From: Microcystis aeruginosa NIES-843
GTDB taxonomy: Bacteria; Cyanobacteriota; Cyanobacteriia; Cyanobacteriales; Microcystaceae
DNA: 32,000 nucleotides
Direction: 5' to 3'
NCBI RefSeq assembly: GCF_000010625.1
Contig: NC_010296.1
Coordinates: 3,660,001 to 3,692,000 of the forward strand
Shown: in pieces, positions 8,138 to 17,017 of the stretch
Position numbering within the stretch: position 1 is the first letter of the stretch
Layout of the letters: each line of letters begins with the position of its first letter
The notes under the pieces: generated by a model
The model's database searches: none
What the model was told of the DNA's origin: nothing
The model's input: the letters and a program-made list of their open reading frames with translations, nothing else
Made by a program: the position numbers and the translations under genes

Positions 8138-10102
8138 ATGCTCAACGAATTAATTTATGAAGGATTAGGTTTAAGTGCTGTTTTCGGAGGACTATTCCTC
8201 TGGTCGCGCTCTGGTCTCGTCAGCAAAAATACCGCCCTTTTAGCCGCACAAGCGCAATTACAGCAAAGTAGCTCAGATTTGTTGGCTCAAGTCAAGGGTT
8301 TAGACGTGGCGCAATCAGAGTTAAAAGACGAAAATCAGCAGCTGCACGCCAAAATAATTCACATAGAACAACATTCCGCCCAATTACAGCACAAAGCTAC
8401 GGATTTAGAAAATTCTCTCCAGTCCCTCCAGCAAGCTGTCCATATAGGTGAGGGTGAAATCGAACACCTGAAAACCACCGCTAAGGAAATAGAAGCGGAG
8501 AAAGCTGGTCTGATGGAGCAATTAGAGGGAGAAAAAGCCCAAATTACTAGCCTAGAGGCACAGATTCAAACTTTAGAGCAGCAAAAAGGTGAAATTAACC
8601 GTCAATTTGATTTGACCAAAAAACAGACCACCTCTCTCTATAGTCAAATTCAGACCCTAGAACAGGATAAAACTCTCTTACAGCAAGAGCTAGAAAAAGC
8701 CGAGGAATTAAGGGCAAAAGTGGCCGATTTAGAGTATAAAAACCAAGAATTAAGCGATTTAGCCGCTCAAATTCCCAGCTTGCAAGGTCAAATTCAAACC
8801 TTAGAACAGAATCTGGCTCACCAAACAGAACATTATGAGCGAGGACAGCAAGAAATAGCCAGCTTACAGGGTCAAATTACCGGGTTAGAACAGGAAAAAA
8901 AGTCTCTCAGCGAAGATTTAGCCGCAAGTCAAACTCGATCGCTCTCTTTAGGCCAAGAATGCGACAATTTAACTATAAAACTCCAAGAAACCGTCGCTCA
9001 AGTGACAGCCATAACCGCCGAAAAGGACAGTCTCGGTGCTCATCTCGAAGCAGCTAAACTGGAGTTACAAGCTTTAGCGGCCCAGAAAGGGGAATTATCG
9101 GCAGAATTAAGCACTGCTGCCGAAAAAATTGCTAATTTAGAAGGGCAATTACAGGAATTAACCCAGTTACCGCAACAATTGGCCGATTCTCAGGCAACAA
9201 TTGCTAATTTAGAAGGGCAATTACAGGAATTAACCCAGTTACCGCAACAATTGGCTGATTCTCAGGCAAAAATTGCTGATTTAGAAGGGCAATTACAGGA
9301 ATTAACCCAGTTACCGCAACAATTGGCTGATTCTCAGGCAACAATTGCTAATTTAGAAGGGCAATTACAGGAATTAACCCAGTTACCGCAACAGCTAGAA
9401 ACCTATCGGGAAAACATTTCTAATTTAGAGATTCAACTACACCAGTTAAGTTCCGAAAAAGACCAATTAGAAACCACAACTTCCCGTCATATCGAGGAAT
9501 TAAGCCAACAAAATCGCCAACTAACTCAAGATTTAGAAGCCCAAAAAACGGTAGCTAAAGCTTTAGATAAGGAAAAAATTAAGTTTGAGGGTGAGTTAGC
9601 AACTAAGCAAAAAGAAATCGCCGCTTTAGTGGTTAAAATTCAAAACCTACAACAAGAAAGAGACGATTTCTCTCGACAAACTGCTCCCATTATTACTAAT
9701 GAACCAGAAGCAATTATTAGTGAAACTCCTGTAGTAGAAGAGCCGGAAACCACCCCGGTGATTGCCGAGGAAACTCCGGTAGTAGCAGCAGAAAAAATCC
9801 TGGTTGCCGATACGAGTTTAGAAGTGCAACCCGCAGCGGAGATAGTCCAAACGAGTCAAGAATCCGCCGAAAATACCCTAAGGGGAAAAAGCGTAGTTAT
9901 ACTAGGAACCTTCAGCAAAATCAGTCGCGAGAAAGCGAAATCATTGATTATTAATGTCGGTGGTACTGTTACCAGTTCCCCCAGTGCGAACACTGATTAT
10001 ATTCTCCTCGGTAAAGCCCCCGGTGAGAAACTCAAAAAGGCTCAAAAATTAGGCATAAAAACCCTTTCAGAAGCCCAATTTCTGCAAATGGTAGAATCCT
10101 AA
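8138..10102 (+). CDS. Membrane-anchored long coiled-coil protein with C-terminal BRCT domain
   Basis: GGAGGG precedes the ATG at 8138; the ORF-track start at 8105 is a GTG. The N-terminal hydrophobic helix is LGLSAVFGGLFLW. About 480 aa are Q/E/L-rich heptad sequence. The C-terminus, GKSVVILGTFSKISREKAKSLIINVGGTVTSSPSANTDYILLGKAPGEKLKKAQKLGIKTLSEAQF, resembles the LigA-type BRCT domain. Confidence 0.7.
   Translation: MLNELIYEGLGLSAVFGGLFLWSRSGLVSKNTALLAAQAQLQQSSSDLLAQVKGLDVAQSELKDENQQLHAKIIHIEQHSAQLQHKATDLENSLQSLQQAVHIGEGEIEHLKTTAKEIEAEKAGLMEQLEGEKAQITSLEAQIQTLEQQKGEINRQFDLTKKQTTSLYSQIQTLEQDKTLLQQELEKAEELRAKVADLEYKNQELSDLAAQIPSLQGQIQTLEQNLAHQTEHYERGQQEIASLQGQITGLEQEKKSLSEDLAASQTRSLSLGQECDNLTIKLQETVAQVTAITAEKDSLGAHLEAAKLELQALAAQKGELSAELSTAAEKIANLEGQLQELTQLPQQLADSQATIANLEGQLQELTQLPQQLADSQAKIADLEGQLQELTQLPQQLADSQATIANLEGQLQELTQLPQQLETYRENISNLEIQLHQLSSEKDQLETTTSRHIEELSQQNRQLTQDLEAQKTVAKALDKEKIKFEGELATKQKEIAALVVKIQNLQQERDDFSRQTAPIITNEPEAIISETPVVEEPETTPVIAEETPVVAAEKILVADTSLEVQPAAEIVQTSQESAENTLRGKSVVILGTFSKISREKAKSLIINVGGTVTSSPSANTDYILLGKAPGEKLKKAQKLGIKTLSEAQFLQMVES
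9128..9393 (+). repeat. 72-bp near-perfect tandem repeat x3.7 within the coiled-coil CDS
   Basis: Units start at 9128, 9200, 9272 and 9344. Each encodes IANLEGQLQELTQLPQQLADSQAT, with only a few substitutions (ggcc/ggct, acaattgctaat/aaaattgctgat). Confidence 0.95.
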
Positions 10103-10104
10103 AA

Positions 10105-10158
10105 CAGTTATCAGTTATCAGTTATCAGTTATCAGTTATCAGTTATCAGTTATCAGTT
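10105..10158. repeat. Heptamer microsatellite (CAGTTAT)n, STRR-like
   Basis: About 7.5 perfect CAGTTAT units lie immediately after the BRCT gene stop. Confidence 0.95.
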
Positions 10159-10192
10159 CACTGTTTACTGATTACTGTTCACTGAAAATACA

Positions 10193-10262
10193 CCCCACTT
10201 CCCCACTTCCCCACTTCCCCACTTCCCCACTTCCCCACTTCCCCACTTCCCCACTTCCCCAC
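10193..10262. repeat. Octamer microsatellite (CCCCACTT)n; the complement (GGGGAAGT)n matches the G-quadruplex pattern
   Basis: About 8.7 perfect units end 27 bp before the ATG at 10289. Confidence 0.95.
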
Positions 10263-10288
10263 ACCCTGTTCCCTTGATTACCAAAATT

Positions 10289-11167
10289 ATGAGTCAAAAA
10301 ATTGCCTTTTTAGGATTAGGAGTGATGGGAGCGCCGATGACGGTTAATCTTGTCCGTCGAGGTTTTGCTGTCAATGCTTGGAATCGTACCCCAGAGGGGC
10401 CGGGGATAACCATTGCCGGGGCAGCTGGTGCGAACATTCGTTCTAGTATCGCCGCCGCCGTCAGGGATGCCGAGATTGTCTTTACCTGCGTCGGGGATGT
10501 GCCTGACGTGGAAGCGGTAATTTTAGGACCGGGGGGTGTCATGGAATCGGCAGCGGTGGGAACTCTGGTGGTGGATATGAGTACCATTGGCTCTCAAGCC
10601 GCTAGGATGATTGGTAAAAAGCTAGAGGAAAATAATCTCCGTTTTCTCGATGCTCCCGTCTCTGGGGGCGATATTGGGGCGAAAAACGGCACTTTAACTA
10701 TTATGGTGGGAGGGAAAGAAGCGGATTTTCAGACTTGTCTGCCCTGTTTTCAAGCCATGGGCAAAACTATTCGCTGGTGTGGCGAAATCGGCAACGGACA
10801 AGCGGTAAAACTCTGTAATCAAGTCTTGGGGGCGGTTCACATGGTGGCGCTGTGTGAGGCTCTAAAAATGGCAAAAATTCAAGGATTAGACCCCAATTTA
10901 GTCATAGAAGTCTGTAAAACGGGGGCGGCGGGTTCTTGGGCTTTAGAAAATTTGGGACCAAAAATCCTCGCCCAAGATTTACAGCCAGCTTTTATGATTG
11001 AACATATTTTAAAAGATTTGCGATTAGTCAAAGAAACTGCCCAGACAGCCGGGGAAATTCTGCCCGGGACAGATTTAGCGGAAACTCTATTTAAAGTAGT
11101 AGCGGAATTGGACGAAGGCAAGGGAATTAAACAGGGAACCCAAGCGATGATTCGCGCCTACGATTAA
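10289..11167 (+). CDS. NAD(P)-dependent beta-hydroxyacid dehydrogenase (3-hydroxyisobutyrate / tartronate semialdehyde reductase family)
   Basis: The N-terminal Rossmann motif is IAFLGLGVMGAPMTVNL. DAPVSGG and the catalytic-Lys region GNGQAVKLCNQ are typical of the HIBADH family. The ATG at 10289 is preferred over the TTG at 10274. Confidence 0.8.
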   Translation: MSQKIAFLGLGVMGAPMTVNLVRRGFAVNAWNRTPEGPGITIAGAAGANIRSSIAAAVRDAEIVFTCVGDVPDVEAVILGPGGVMESAAVGTLVVDMSTIGSQAARMIGKKLEENNLRFLDAPVSGGDIGAKNGTLTIMVGGKEADFQTCLPCFQAMGKTIRWCGEIGNGQAVKLCNQVLGAVHMVALCEALKMAKIQGLDPNLVIEVCKTGAAGSWALENLGPKILAQDLQPAFMIEHILKDLRLVKETAQTAGEILPGTDLAETLFKVVAELDEGKGIKQGTQAMIRAYD

Positions 11168-11514
11168 GCATTTTGTTGGCGATAAATATCATCGGTACGG
11201 GCAGCCATGATGAAATCATTTTGATGTAATCCCCCCACGTCATGGGTCCACCAAGAAACGGTAACTTTACCCCATTCTGTCAATAAAGCGGGGTGATGGC
11301 CTTCTTTTTCCGCCGCTTCTCCCACGGCATTAGTAAAGGCGATTGCCCCTTGAAAATTGGCAAATTTATAGAGTTTTTGCAGACGGGGAATACCCTCGTA
11401 TTCTAAGAGATTCCAATCGGGAATTTTAGCCTGTAAAGCGGTAATTTCCTCGGCAGTGATAGGAGAAGAACCCGATTGATAAGGTTGACATTTTTGTTGA
11501 GCAAGTTCGGTCAT
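11164..11514 (-). CDS. phhB: Pterin-4-alpha-carbinolamine dehydratase (PCD/DCoH)
   Basis: 116 aa with the PCD signature EGHHPALLTEWGKVTVSWWTHDVGGLHQNDFIMAARTD. Confidence 0.85.
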   Translation of the reverse strand: MTELAQQKCQPYQSGSSPITAEEITALQAKIPDWNLLEYEGIPRLQKLYKFANFQGAIAFTNAVGEAAEKEGHHPALLTEWGKVTVSWWTHDVGGLHQNDFIMAARTDDIYRQQNA

Positions 11515-11574
11515 AGGGGTATCAATCCAGATTTTTTACCTTTATTATAGAGGAAAATCCCCCAGAGAAATTTT

Positions 11575-13077
11575 CTATTCTTCCTCTGACTCTGGAGAAC
11601 TGACCCAAGGAGTAGAAGATTCGGCAGCTTTCGGGAAAGAAAAAGATTTTTTTGGAGGAGAAGGCAATAATTCCAATTGTCGATTACCGGTTTTATAGCT
11701 AGTTTTATTTTTCTGCTCTCCCCGTCGTCGTTGGGAGGTTTTTTCCTCCGTGGTATTTTCGGCTATCACTTCATACAAAATCGCCCGTTTATCCTCTTGT
11801 TGCCCTTTTCTTAACACCCGTCCTAAACGCTGAATATATTCCCTGGTGGAACCGGTTCCCGATAAAATAATCGCGATGCGCGCTTCCGGCACATCAACCC
11901 CTTCATTAAGAACATGGGAAGTCACCAGAATTTTGTATTCTCCCTGACGAAAACGGGTCAGGATTTCATGGCGTTCTTTCACGGGAGTTTGATGGGTTAT
12001 GGCAGGTATTAAAAAGCTCTCGGAAATGCGGTAAACTGTGGCATTATCGTTGGTAAAAATTAAAATTGGTTCCGGATGGTGTTCACAGATTAACTCGGCT
12101 AAAACCCGCAATTTTCCCTGGGTTCCGGAGGATATTTCCTTCGACTCCCGGTGGGCCAACATGGCCCGGCGCCCTTCGCTACTTCTGGCACTAATCATGA
12201 CAAAATTTTGCCAACCATCTAAACCGGACAAACTGAGATTATTTCTTCTTAAAAAATCATTGCGAATTTTAATTGCTTCTTGATATTTTTCCTGTTCTTT
12301 GGCAGATAGTTTCACTTTAATTTGAATTATTTCATGATCCGCTAGGGCTTTTCCTGACAAGTCTTGGGGACTTTTTTGATAAACAATTGCACCAATAAGA
12401 TAATCTAAATCCTGATGACTACCATCACCGCGATCCGGTGTTGCTGTTAAGCCTAAACGATAGGGTGCGATCGAATCTTCCGCTATTTTCCGAAAGAAAT
12501 CCGATGGTAAATGATGACATTCATCAAAAATCAAAAAAGCGTAACGATTGCCAAGAGTTTCTGAATAAATTGCCGCACTTTGATAGGTGGCGATTAAAAT
12601 AGCACTATTATCCTTAGAACCTCCCCCTAATAATCCCACCTCGGCATCGGGAAAAGCCGCCAACATCTGGGCATACCATTGGTGCATTAAATCAATAGTC
12701 GGCACGATAATTAAGGTACTGCGGGGAGTCGATTGTAGAGCTAATTGGGCAAGATAGGTTTTGCCGGCAGCGGTGGGAAGGACAATGACACCCCTTCTCT
12801 GGGATTTTTTCCAAGCGATTAACGCTTCCGTTTGGTGGGGGTAGGGTTCCCGTTCAAAACTGGCAATTAATTCTAAATTGTTGAAAGCTTTTGCTTCATC
12901 TTGGAAGTTAATGCCCTCCTCCTGTAGAGTTTCCACGAGAGGACGATAATGAATGGCCAAAATGCGAAATCTTTCAATACGATCATCCCAAGTGGCAAAA
13001 TCTAGCCATTTTTTCCCCTTTGGTGGTGGATGGAGAATTAAGGTTCCTCGCTCATATTTGAGGGTGGGTAAGCGCAT
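11575..13077 (-). CDS. XPB/Ssl2 (ERCC3/Rad25)-like SF2 DNA helicase
   Basis: Walker A is LPTAAGKT and motif II is FDECHH. TATP and the helicase C-terminal motifs (VTSHVLNEGVDVPE, QRLGRVLR) are present. The N-terminal region is about 70 aa and the C-terminal tail is low-complexity. Confidence 0.75.
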   Translation of the reverse strand: MRLPTLKYERGTLILHPPPKGKKWLDFATWDDRIERFRILAIHYRPLVETLQEEGINFQDEAKAFNNLELIASFEREPYPHQTEALIAWKKSQRRGVIVLPTAAGKTYLAQLALQSTPRSTLIIVPTIDLMHQWYAQMLAAFPDAEVGLLGGGSKDNSAILIATYQSAAIYSETLGNRYAFLIFDECHHLPSDFFRKIAEDSIAPYRLGLTATPDRGDGSHQDLDYLIGAIVYQKSPQDLSGKALADHEIIQIKVKLSAKEQEKYQEAIKIRNDFLRRNNLSLSGLDGWQNFVMISARSSEGRRAMLAHRESKEISSGTQGKLRVLAELICEHHPEPILIFTNDNATVYRISESFLIPAITHQTPVKERHEILTRFRQGEYKILVTSHVLNEGVDVPEARIAIILSGTGSTREYIQRLGRVLRKGQQEDKRAILYEVIAENTTEEKTSQRRRGEQKNKTSYKTGNRQLELLPSPPKKSFSFPKAAESSTPWVSSPESEEE

Positions 13078-13080
13078 TTT

Positions 13081-13300
13081 TCAGTTATCAGTAAACAGTA
13101 AACAGTTATCAGTAAACCGAACGTAGGTTGGGTTGAAGCATGAAACCCAACGCCCGCTCATGTTACGCTACCGCTAACCCATCCTACAAATAATTGTGCC
13201 TCCCTACTTATCAGTAAACAGTAAACAGTAAACAGTAAACAGTATAAGTGAACTGAAAACTTACATCTGATAACTGATAACTGATAACTGATAACTGATT
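13081..13300. repeat. Composite intergenic repeat block: heptamer tracts (CAGTTAT/CAGTAAA and the inverse CTGATAA) flanking a GGTTGGGTT hairpin element
   Basis: cagttatcagtaaacagtaaac lies at 13082-13117. gtaggttgggttgaagcatgaaacccaac lies near 13124-13152. (cagtaaa)n lies at 13210-13243. (ctgataa)n at 13268-13300 is the reverse complement of the left tract. Confidence 0.85.
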
Positions 13301-13351
13301 CAAGGCTGACGGCGGCAAGATAGCTTATCGCTAGATCATATTGATCAGGTT

Positions 13352-13381
13352 AAAAAAAGAGTGTGAACTAACACACTCTCA
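13352..13381 (-). terminator. Rho-independent terminator of htpG
   Basis: Read on the minus strand, this is GAGAGTGTG-ttagtt-CACACTCTT followed by a run of 7 T, 33 nt after the htpG stop. Confidence 0.7.
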
Positions 13382-13413
13382 GCATATCGAAACAGCTAAA
13401 GTTTGGCAATAGA

Positions 13414-15387
13414 TTAAATCTTTTCGGTTAGCTTAGTCAGAACGCGATTGGAACGTTCCACAAAAGCTTGCATTCCCTCGGCATCAAATCCTTTTTGAGC
13501 GATTAAAGCTAAATCATAAACGTGCTGACAGAGCATTTTCGCTAATTGCGCCGATGGAGATTCGCCGCTACCGGTAACAATACTTCCCTGACTAATCTGG
13601 ATAATCTGTTGAATTAGGGGATGATTAGTATTAATCATCAGAATATGTTCTTCGGGGAAAGCCATGGCTTTTTGTTGCATCATTGCCGTCATTTCCTGTA
13701 AGCGTCGCATCGCTTCTGGAAGTAAGACAATTGCCGGGGGAGTAGCTTGGGGATCATCGGATTTCAAGGCTTCAGTTTTGATATTGATGCGGGAATTATC
13801 GAGGGCTTTGGCGAAGATTTCTTTGATCAATTCAGCCCGGGTTTTATTACTACCGGGATCGATAATTTCACTAGCTTGATCCTGTTCGAGCAGCGTCGAG
13901 TCTAATTCAGAATCAACCCGGGTGAATTTCACATCGGAGTATTCTCTTTCTAGGAAAGGAATAAAGTAATTAGTATCGATGAAAGAATCAAAGAAAAGGA
14001 TTTCTAAACCTTGATTTTTGTAGAGTTCAACGTAGGTGGATTGACTACGAGGATCGGTACAGTAAAAAACTCGATTTTCGTGGCGTTCTTTATGGCGTTC
14101 TAGGTAGGCTTTGAGAGTAGTATAACCTTCCTGTTCGATCGCTTCTAGGGGAGTTTTCGCCGTTGCTTCTTGCCATGCGTCACCTTCGGCGGTTTGCACT
14201 GCCACTTGTACTGGGGTTTCTAGGGGTTTGTAGGTAGTCCGATAGATTAAAATATCTTCTACCTGCTGTTTAAATTTATCCTCTTTCAAGGAACCAAATT
14301 TAATAAAGGTTCCCACATCTCCCCAACAACGAATATATTCTTTTGCGTCTTCATTGTATAGAGATTTGAGGCGATCAGCAATTTTTTTGGCAATAAAATC
14401 GGCAATACGGCGAACGGTGCGATCTTTGGTTAAAGCACTTCGAGACACATTTAAAGGAATATCTGGACTGTCGATAACTCCTCGCAAGGGCATCAGGAAA
14501 TCGGGAATAATTTCCTCGCAATGATCGCTGACAAAAACCTGATTACAGAATAACTTTAATTGTCCTTTTGAGACATCCACATCCGGTCTTAGTTTGGGAA
14601 AATAAAGAATGCCATTGAGCAAGAAAGGATAATCGGTATTCAGATGTACCCAGAGTAAAGGTTCTTCTTGGAAAGGATAGAGATAACGATAGAATTCTAG
14701 GTAGTCTTCTTTAGTCAGATTTTGAGGAGATTCTTTCCATAAAGCCCGTTGTTGATTAATCACTTCCCCATCAATTTTAATGGGAACGAGCATAAAATCT
14801 GAGTAGGTTTTGACTAACTGGCGAATGCGGGCAGGTTCTAAATATTCCCCTTCCTCATCCATCAAAGTTAGGGTAATAGTCGTGCCGATTTGGCTGCGGG
14901 AAGAATCGGTTAATTCAAACTCTGGAGAACCATCACAAGACCAATGGACAGGGGTAGCACCTTCTTGATAGGAAAGAGTATCAATCTCTACCTTTTTAGC
15001 CACCATAAAAGCCGAATAGAAACCTAGGCCAAAATGACCGATTAAATCGTTGGCTGATTTTTGGTATTTATTGATAAATTCTTCCGCACTGGAAAAGGCA
15101 ACTTGGTTAATATATTTCTTGATTTCTTCCCCCGTCATCCCGATGCCATTATCGGTAATTGATAGGGTACGATTTTCTTTATCGATGGCGAGATTAATTT
15201 CTGGTTCGGGGACTTCTCCTCTTGCTTCTCCTGCTAAAGAAGCCATTTTTAATTTCGAGATGGCATCAACACTATTAGATATCAATTCCCGTAGAAAAAT
15301 TTCATGGTCAGTGTAGAGAGATTTTTTGATAATAGGGAAGATATTCTCGGTATGAATCGTGATATTACCTTTTTCGAGTACCGTCAT
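13414..15387 (-). CDS. htpG: Molecular chaperone HtpG (Hsp90)
   Basis: The Hsp90 N-terminal ATPase signature is present (FLRELISNSVDA, ITDNGIGMT, IGHFGLGFYSAF). The ATG at 15387 (MTVLEKG) is preferred over the upstream TTG at 15471. Confidence 0.95.
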   Translation of the reverse strand: MTVLEKGNITIHTENIFPIIKKSLYTDHEIFLRELISNSVDAISKLKMASLAGEARGEVPEPEINLAIDKENRTLSITDNGIGMTGEEIKKYINQVAFSSAEEFINKYQKSANDLIGHFGLGFYSAFMVAKKVEIDTLSYQEGATPVHWSCDGSPEFELTDSSRSQIGTTITLTLMDEEGEYLEPARIRQLVKTYSDFMLVPIKIDGEVINQQRALWKESPQNLTKEDYLEFYRYLYPFQEEPLLWVHLNTDYPFLLNGILYFPKLRPDVDVSKGQLKLFCNQVFVSDHCEEIIPDFLMPLRGVIDSPDIPLNVSRSALTKDRTVRRIADFIAKKIADRLKSLYNEDAKEYIRCWGDVGTFIKFGSLKEDKFKQQVEDILIYRTTYKPLETPVQVAVQTAEGDAWQEATAKTPLEAIEQEGYTTLKAYLERHKERHENRVFYCTDPRSQSTYVELYKNQGLEILFFDSFIDTNYFIPFLEREYSDVKFTRVDSELDSTLLEQDQASEIIDPGSNKTRAELIKEIFAKALDNSRINIKTEALKSDDPQATPPAIVLLPEAMRRLQEMTAMMQQKAMAFPEEHILMINTNHPLIQQIIQISQGSIVTGSGESPSAQLAKMLCQHVYDLALIAQKGFDAEGMQAFVERSNRVLTKLTEKI

Positions 15388-15646
15388 ACGTTCAATCACT
15401 AAGGGTTTGACTATTCTAACTTTTTTATTTTGCTCGATAATGGCACCATTGATCACAGAGCGATTGCCCAACTTCTTCTAGGGGGATAACCGTACCGATA
15501 AAGGCATTTAACGGCAGCGGGGCGATTTCTAGAACTTGATCGCAAAAATCGGGGTTAATTGCCAGATTATCGGGGTTATTGATGACTTTGTGACTTTTGC
15601 AAGCGGTTGGTTGAGATTTGCTGATTGAGGGGGAATTGCAGTAGCT

Positions 15647-16744
15647 CTACTGTTCACTTTGCAGATATCCCTCGATCAAAATATCGGGATTGAGATAATT
15701 AACCGTGACATTTTTTAACTGTAAAGCTTGGCTCATTAACTGGAAACCTAAATCACCCACTGCCGTGGGTGCCTGGATTCCCCCGATGATTTTGGGCGCA
15801 ATAAAAGCGATAATTTTTTGTACCATGCCCTCAGCGATCGCCGCTGCACTTAAACCGCCGCCGCACTCCCACAAAACCTGACAAAATCCCCTCTGATAAA
15901 GATTTTCCATCACTAAAGTGGGTGTCACCTCGGTGAGTTCGATCACTTCCACGCCTTTTGTTAATAATTGTTGCTGAAGCTTGACATTAGAATCAATTTG
16001 TGTGTAAAGAAGCGTGGGAAATTGACTGGTATCCCAAAGATGGGCGGAGGAGGGTAAATCGAGCGATCGAGTCATGACCACGCGCAGGGGATTATGATCG
16101 GAGAGGCCGTGAGTGGTTAGGTGGGGATTATCTTGACGGACAGTGCTACCGCCGACGATAATCGCATCACAGGCCGATCGCAGTTGATGGACTATTTGGC
16201 GAGAAGCGGGGCTAGTAATCCATGTGCTATGACCGCTAGTAGCGGCAATTTTGCCATCGAGAGTCATGGCATATTTGAGGATACCGAAGGGTTTTTTAGC
16301 GGTGATGCGATGGATAAAACCCTGATTGAGTTGAAGACATTCGGACTCCTCCACTCCCACCAGCGTCTCGATGCCTGCCGATTCTAATCTTTGAATACCT
16401 TTCCCCGCCACCAGGGGATTAGGATCGATCATCCCTACCACCACTTTTTTAATGCCTGCTTGCACAATTGCCTCGCTACAGGGTGGAGTACGTCCATAGT
16501 GGTTACAGGGTTCAAGATTGACGTATAAAGTGGCACCACGAGCTTTTTCTGCTGCCTGTCTCAGGGCGAAAACTTCTGCATGGGGTTGTCCGGCCCCTGG
16601 GTGAAAACCTTCGCCGATAATTGTCCCCTCTTGAACGATCACAGCACCCACCAAAGGATTAGGAGAAGTCCGCCCCAAGGCTTGCCTAGCAAGGGTTAGA
16701 CATCTTTGCATCATTGTGCGATCGAATTCTGTTGCCCGGTCCAT
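15647..16744 (-). CDS. ribD: Bifunctional riboflavin biosynthesis deaminase/reductase RibD
   Basis: Cytidine-deaminase-type zinc motifs HAEVFAL and PCNHYGRTPPC sit in the N-terminal half. The C-terminal half is a RibD reductase domain (KYAMTLDGKIA...). Confidence 0.92.
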   Translation of the reverse strand: MDRATEFDRTMMQRCLTLARQALGRTSPNPLVGAVIVQEGTIIGEGFHPGAGQPHAEVFALRQAAEKARGATLYVNLEPCNHYGRTPPCSEAIVQAGIKKVVVGMIDPNPLVAGKGIQRLESAGIETLVGVEESECLQLNQGFIHRITAKKPFGILKYAMTLDGKIAATSGHSTWITSPASRQIVHQLRSACDAIIVGGSTVRQDNPHLTTHGLSDHNPLRVVMTRSLDLPSSAHLWDTSQFPTLLYTQIDSNVKLQQQLLTKGVEVIELTEVTPTLVMENLYQRGFCQVLWECGGGLSAAAIAEGMVQKIIAFIAPKIIGGIQAPTAVGDLGFQLMSQALQLKNVTVNYLNPDILIEGYLQSEQ

Positions 16745-16763
16745 GGTTTATTTCTCCAAATGA

Positions 16764-16857
16764 GGGGAATGGGAGTTGGGAGTTGGGAGATGGGGAGGTG
16801 GGGGAGATGGGGGAGATGGGGGAGACCACTTCGTGCGCGTTGCGGGGGGAGATGGGG
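16764..16857. repeat. G-rich degenerate tandem tract (GGGAGTT/GGGGAGAT units)
   Basis: ggggaatgggagttgggagttgggagatggggaggtgggggagatgggggagatgggggag...ggggggagatgggg. It starts 20 bp upstream of the ribD start, on the opposite strand. Confidence 0.9.
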
Positions 16858-16876
16858 AAAATAAATAAAAATAATC

Positions 16877-16932
16877 TCCTGAATACTGACTCCTGAATAC
16901 TGACTCCTGAATACTGACTCCTGAATACTGAC
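16877..16932. repeat. 14-bp perfect tandem repeat x4 (TCCTGAATACTGAC)
   Basis: Units start at 16877, 16891, 16905 and 16919, with no mismatches. Confidence 0.95.
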
Positions 16933-17001
16933 GACCGATAGCTAAAAAGCTGATAACTGAATTATTGATTACTTCTCTAATACTATTATTTTAACATGAA
17001 A

Positions 17002-17017
17002 TGTATCAACGAATACA
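17002..17017 (+). promoter_or_regulatory. Candidate NtcA binding site upstream of amt1
   Basis: TGTATCAACGAATACA is a perfect palindromic match to the NtcA consensus GTA-N8-TAC, about 200 bp upstream of the amt1 ATG. I saw no clean TAN3T -10 box at the canonical ~22-nt distance. Confidence 0.5.

Noticed and set aside
10294-11121. Minus-strand ORFs 10294-10587 and 10879-11121
   Set aside because: They are antisense to the dehydrogenase gene. Their Ala/Pro/Ser/Thr-rich composition is typical of reverse-frame artefacts in relatively GC-rich coding sequence.
12038-16387. ORFs 12038-12283, 13664-13879, 15050-15316 and 16121-16387 (+)
   Set aside because: Each is antisense to a well-supported gene (helicase, htpG, htpG, ribD).
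16714-16896. 60-aa ORF across the G-rich repeat
   Set aside because: It is a translation of the GGGGAGAT tandem tract (GEMGEMGE...) and overlaps the ribD start on the other strand.
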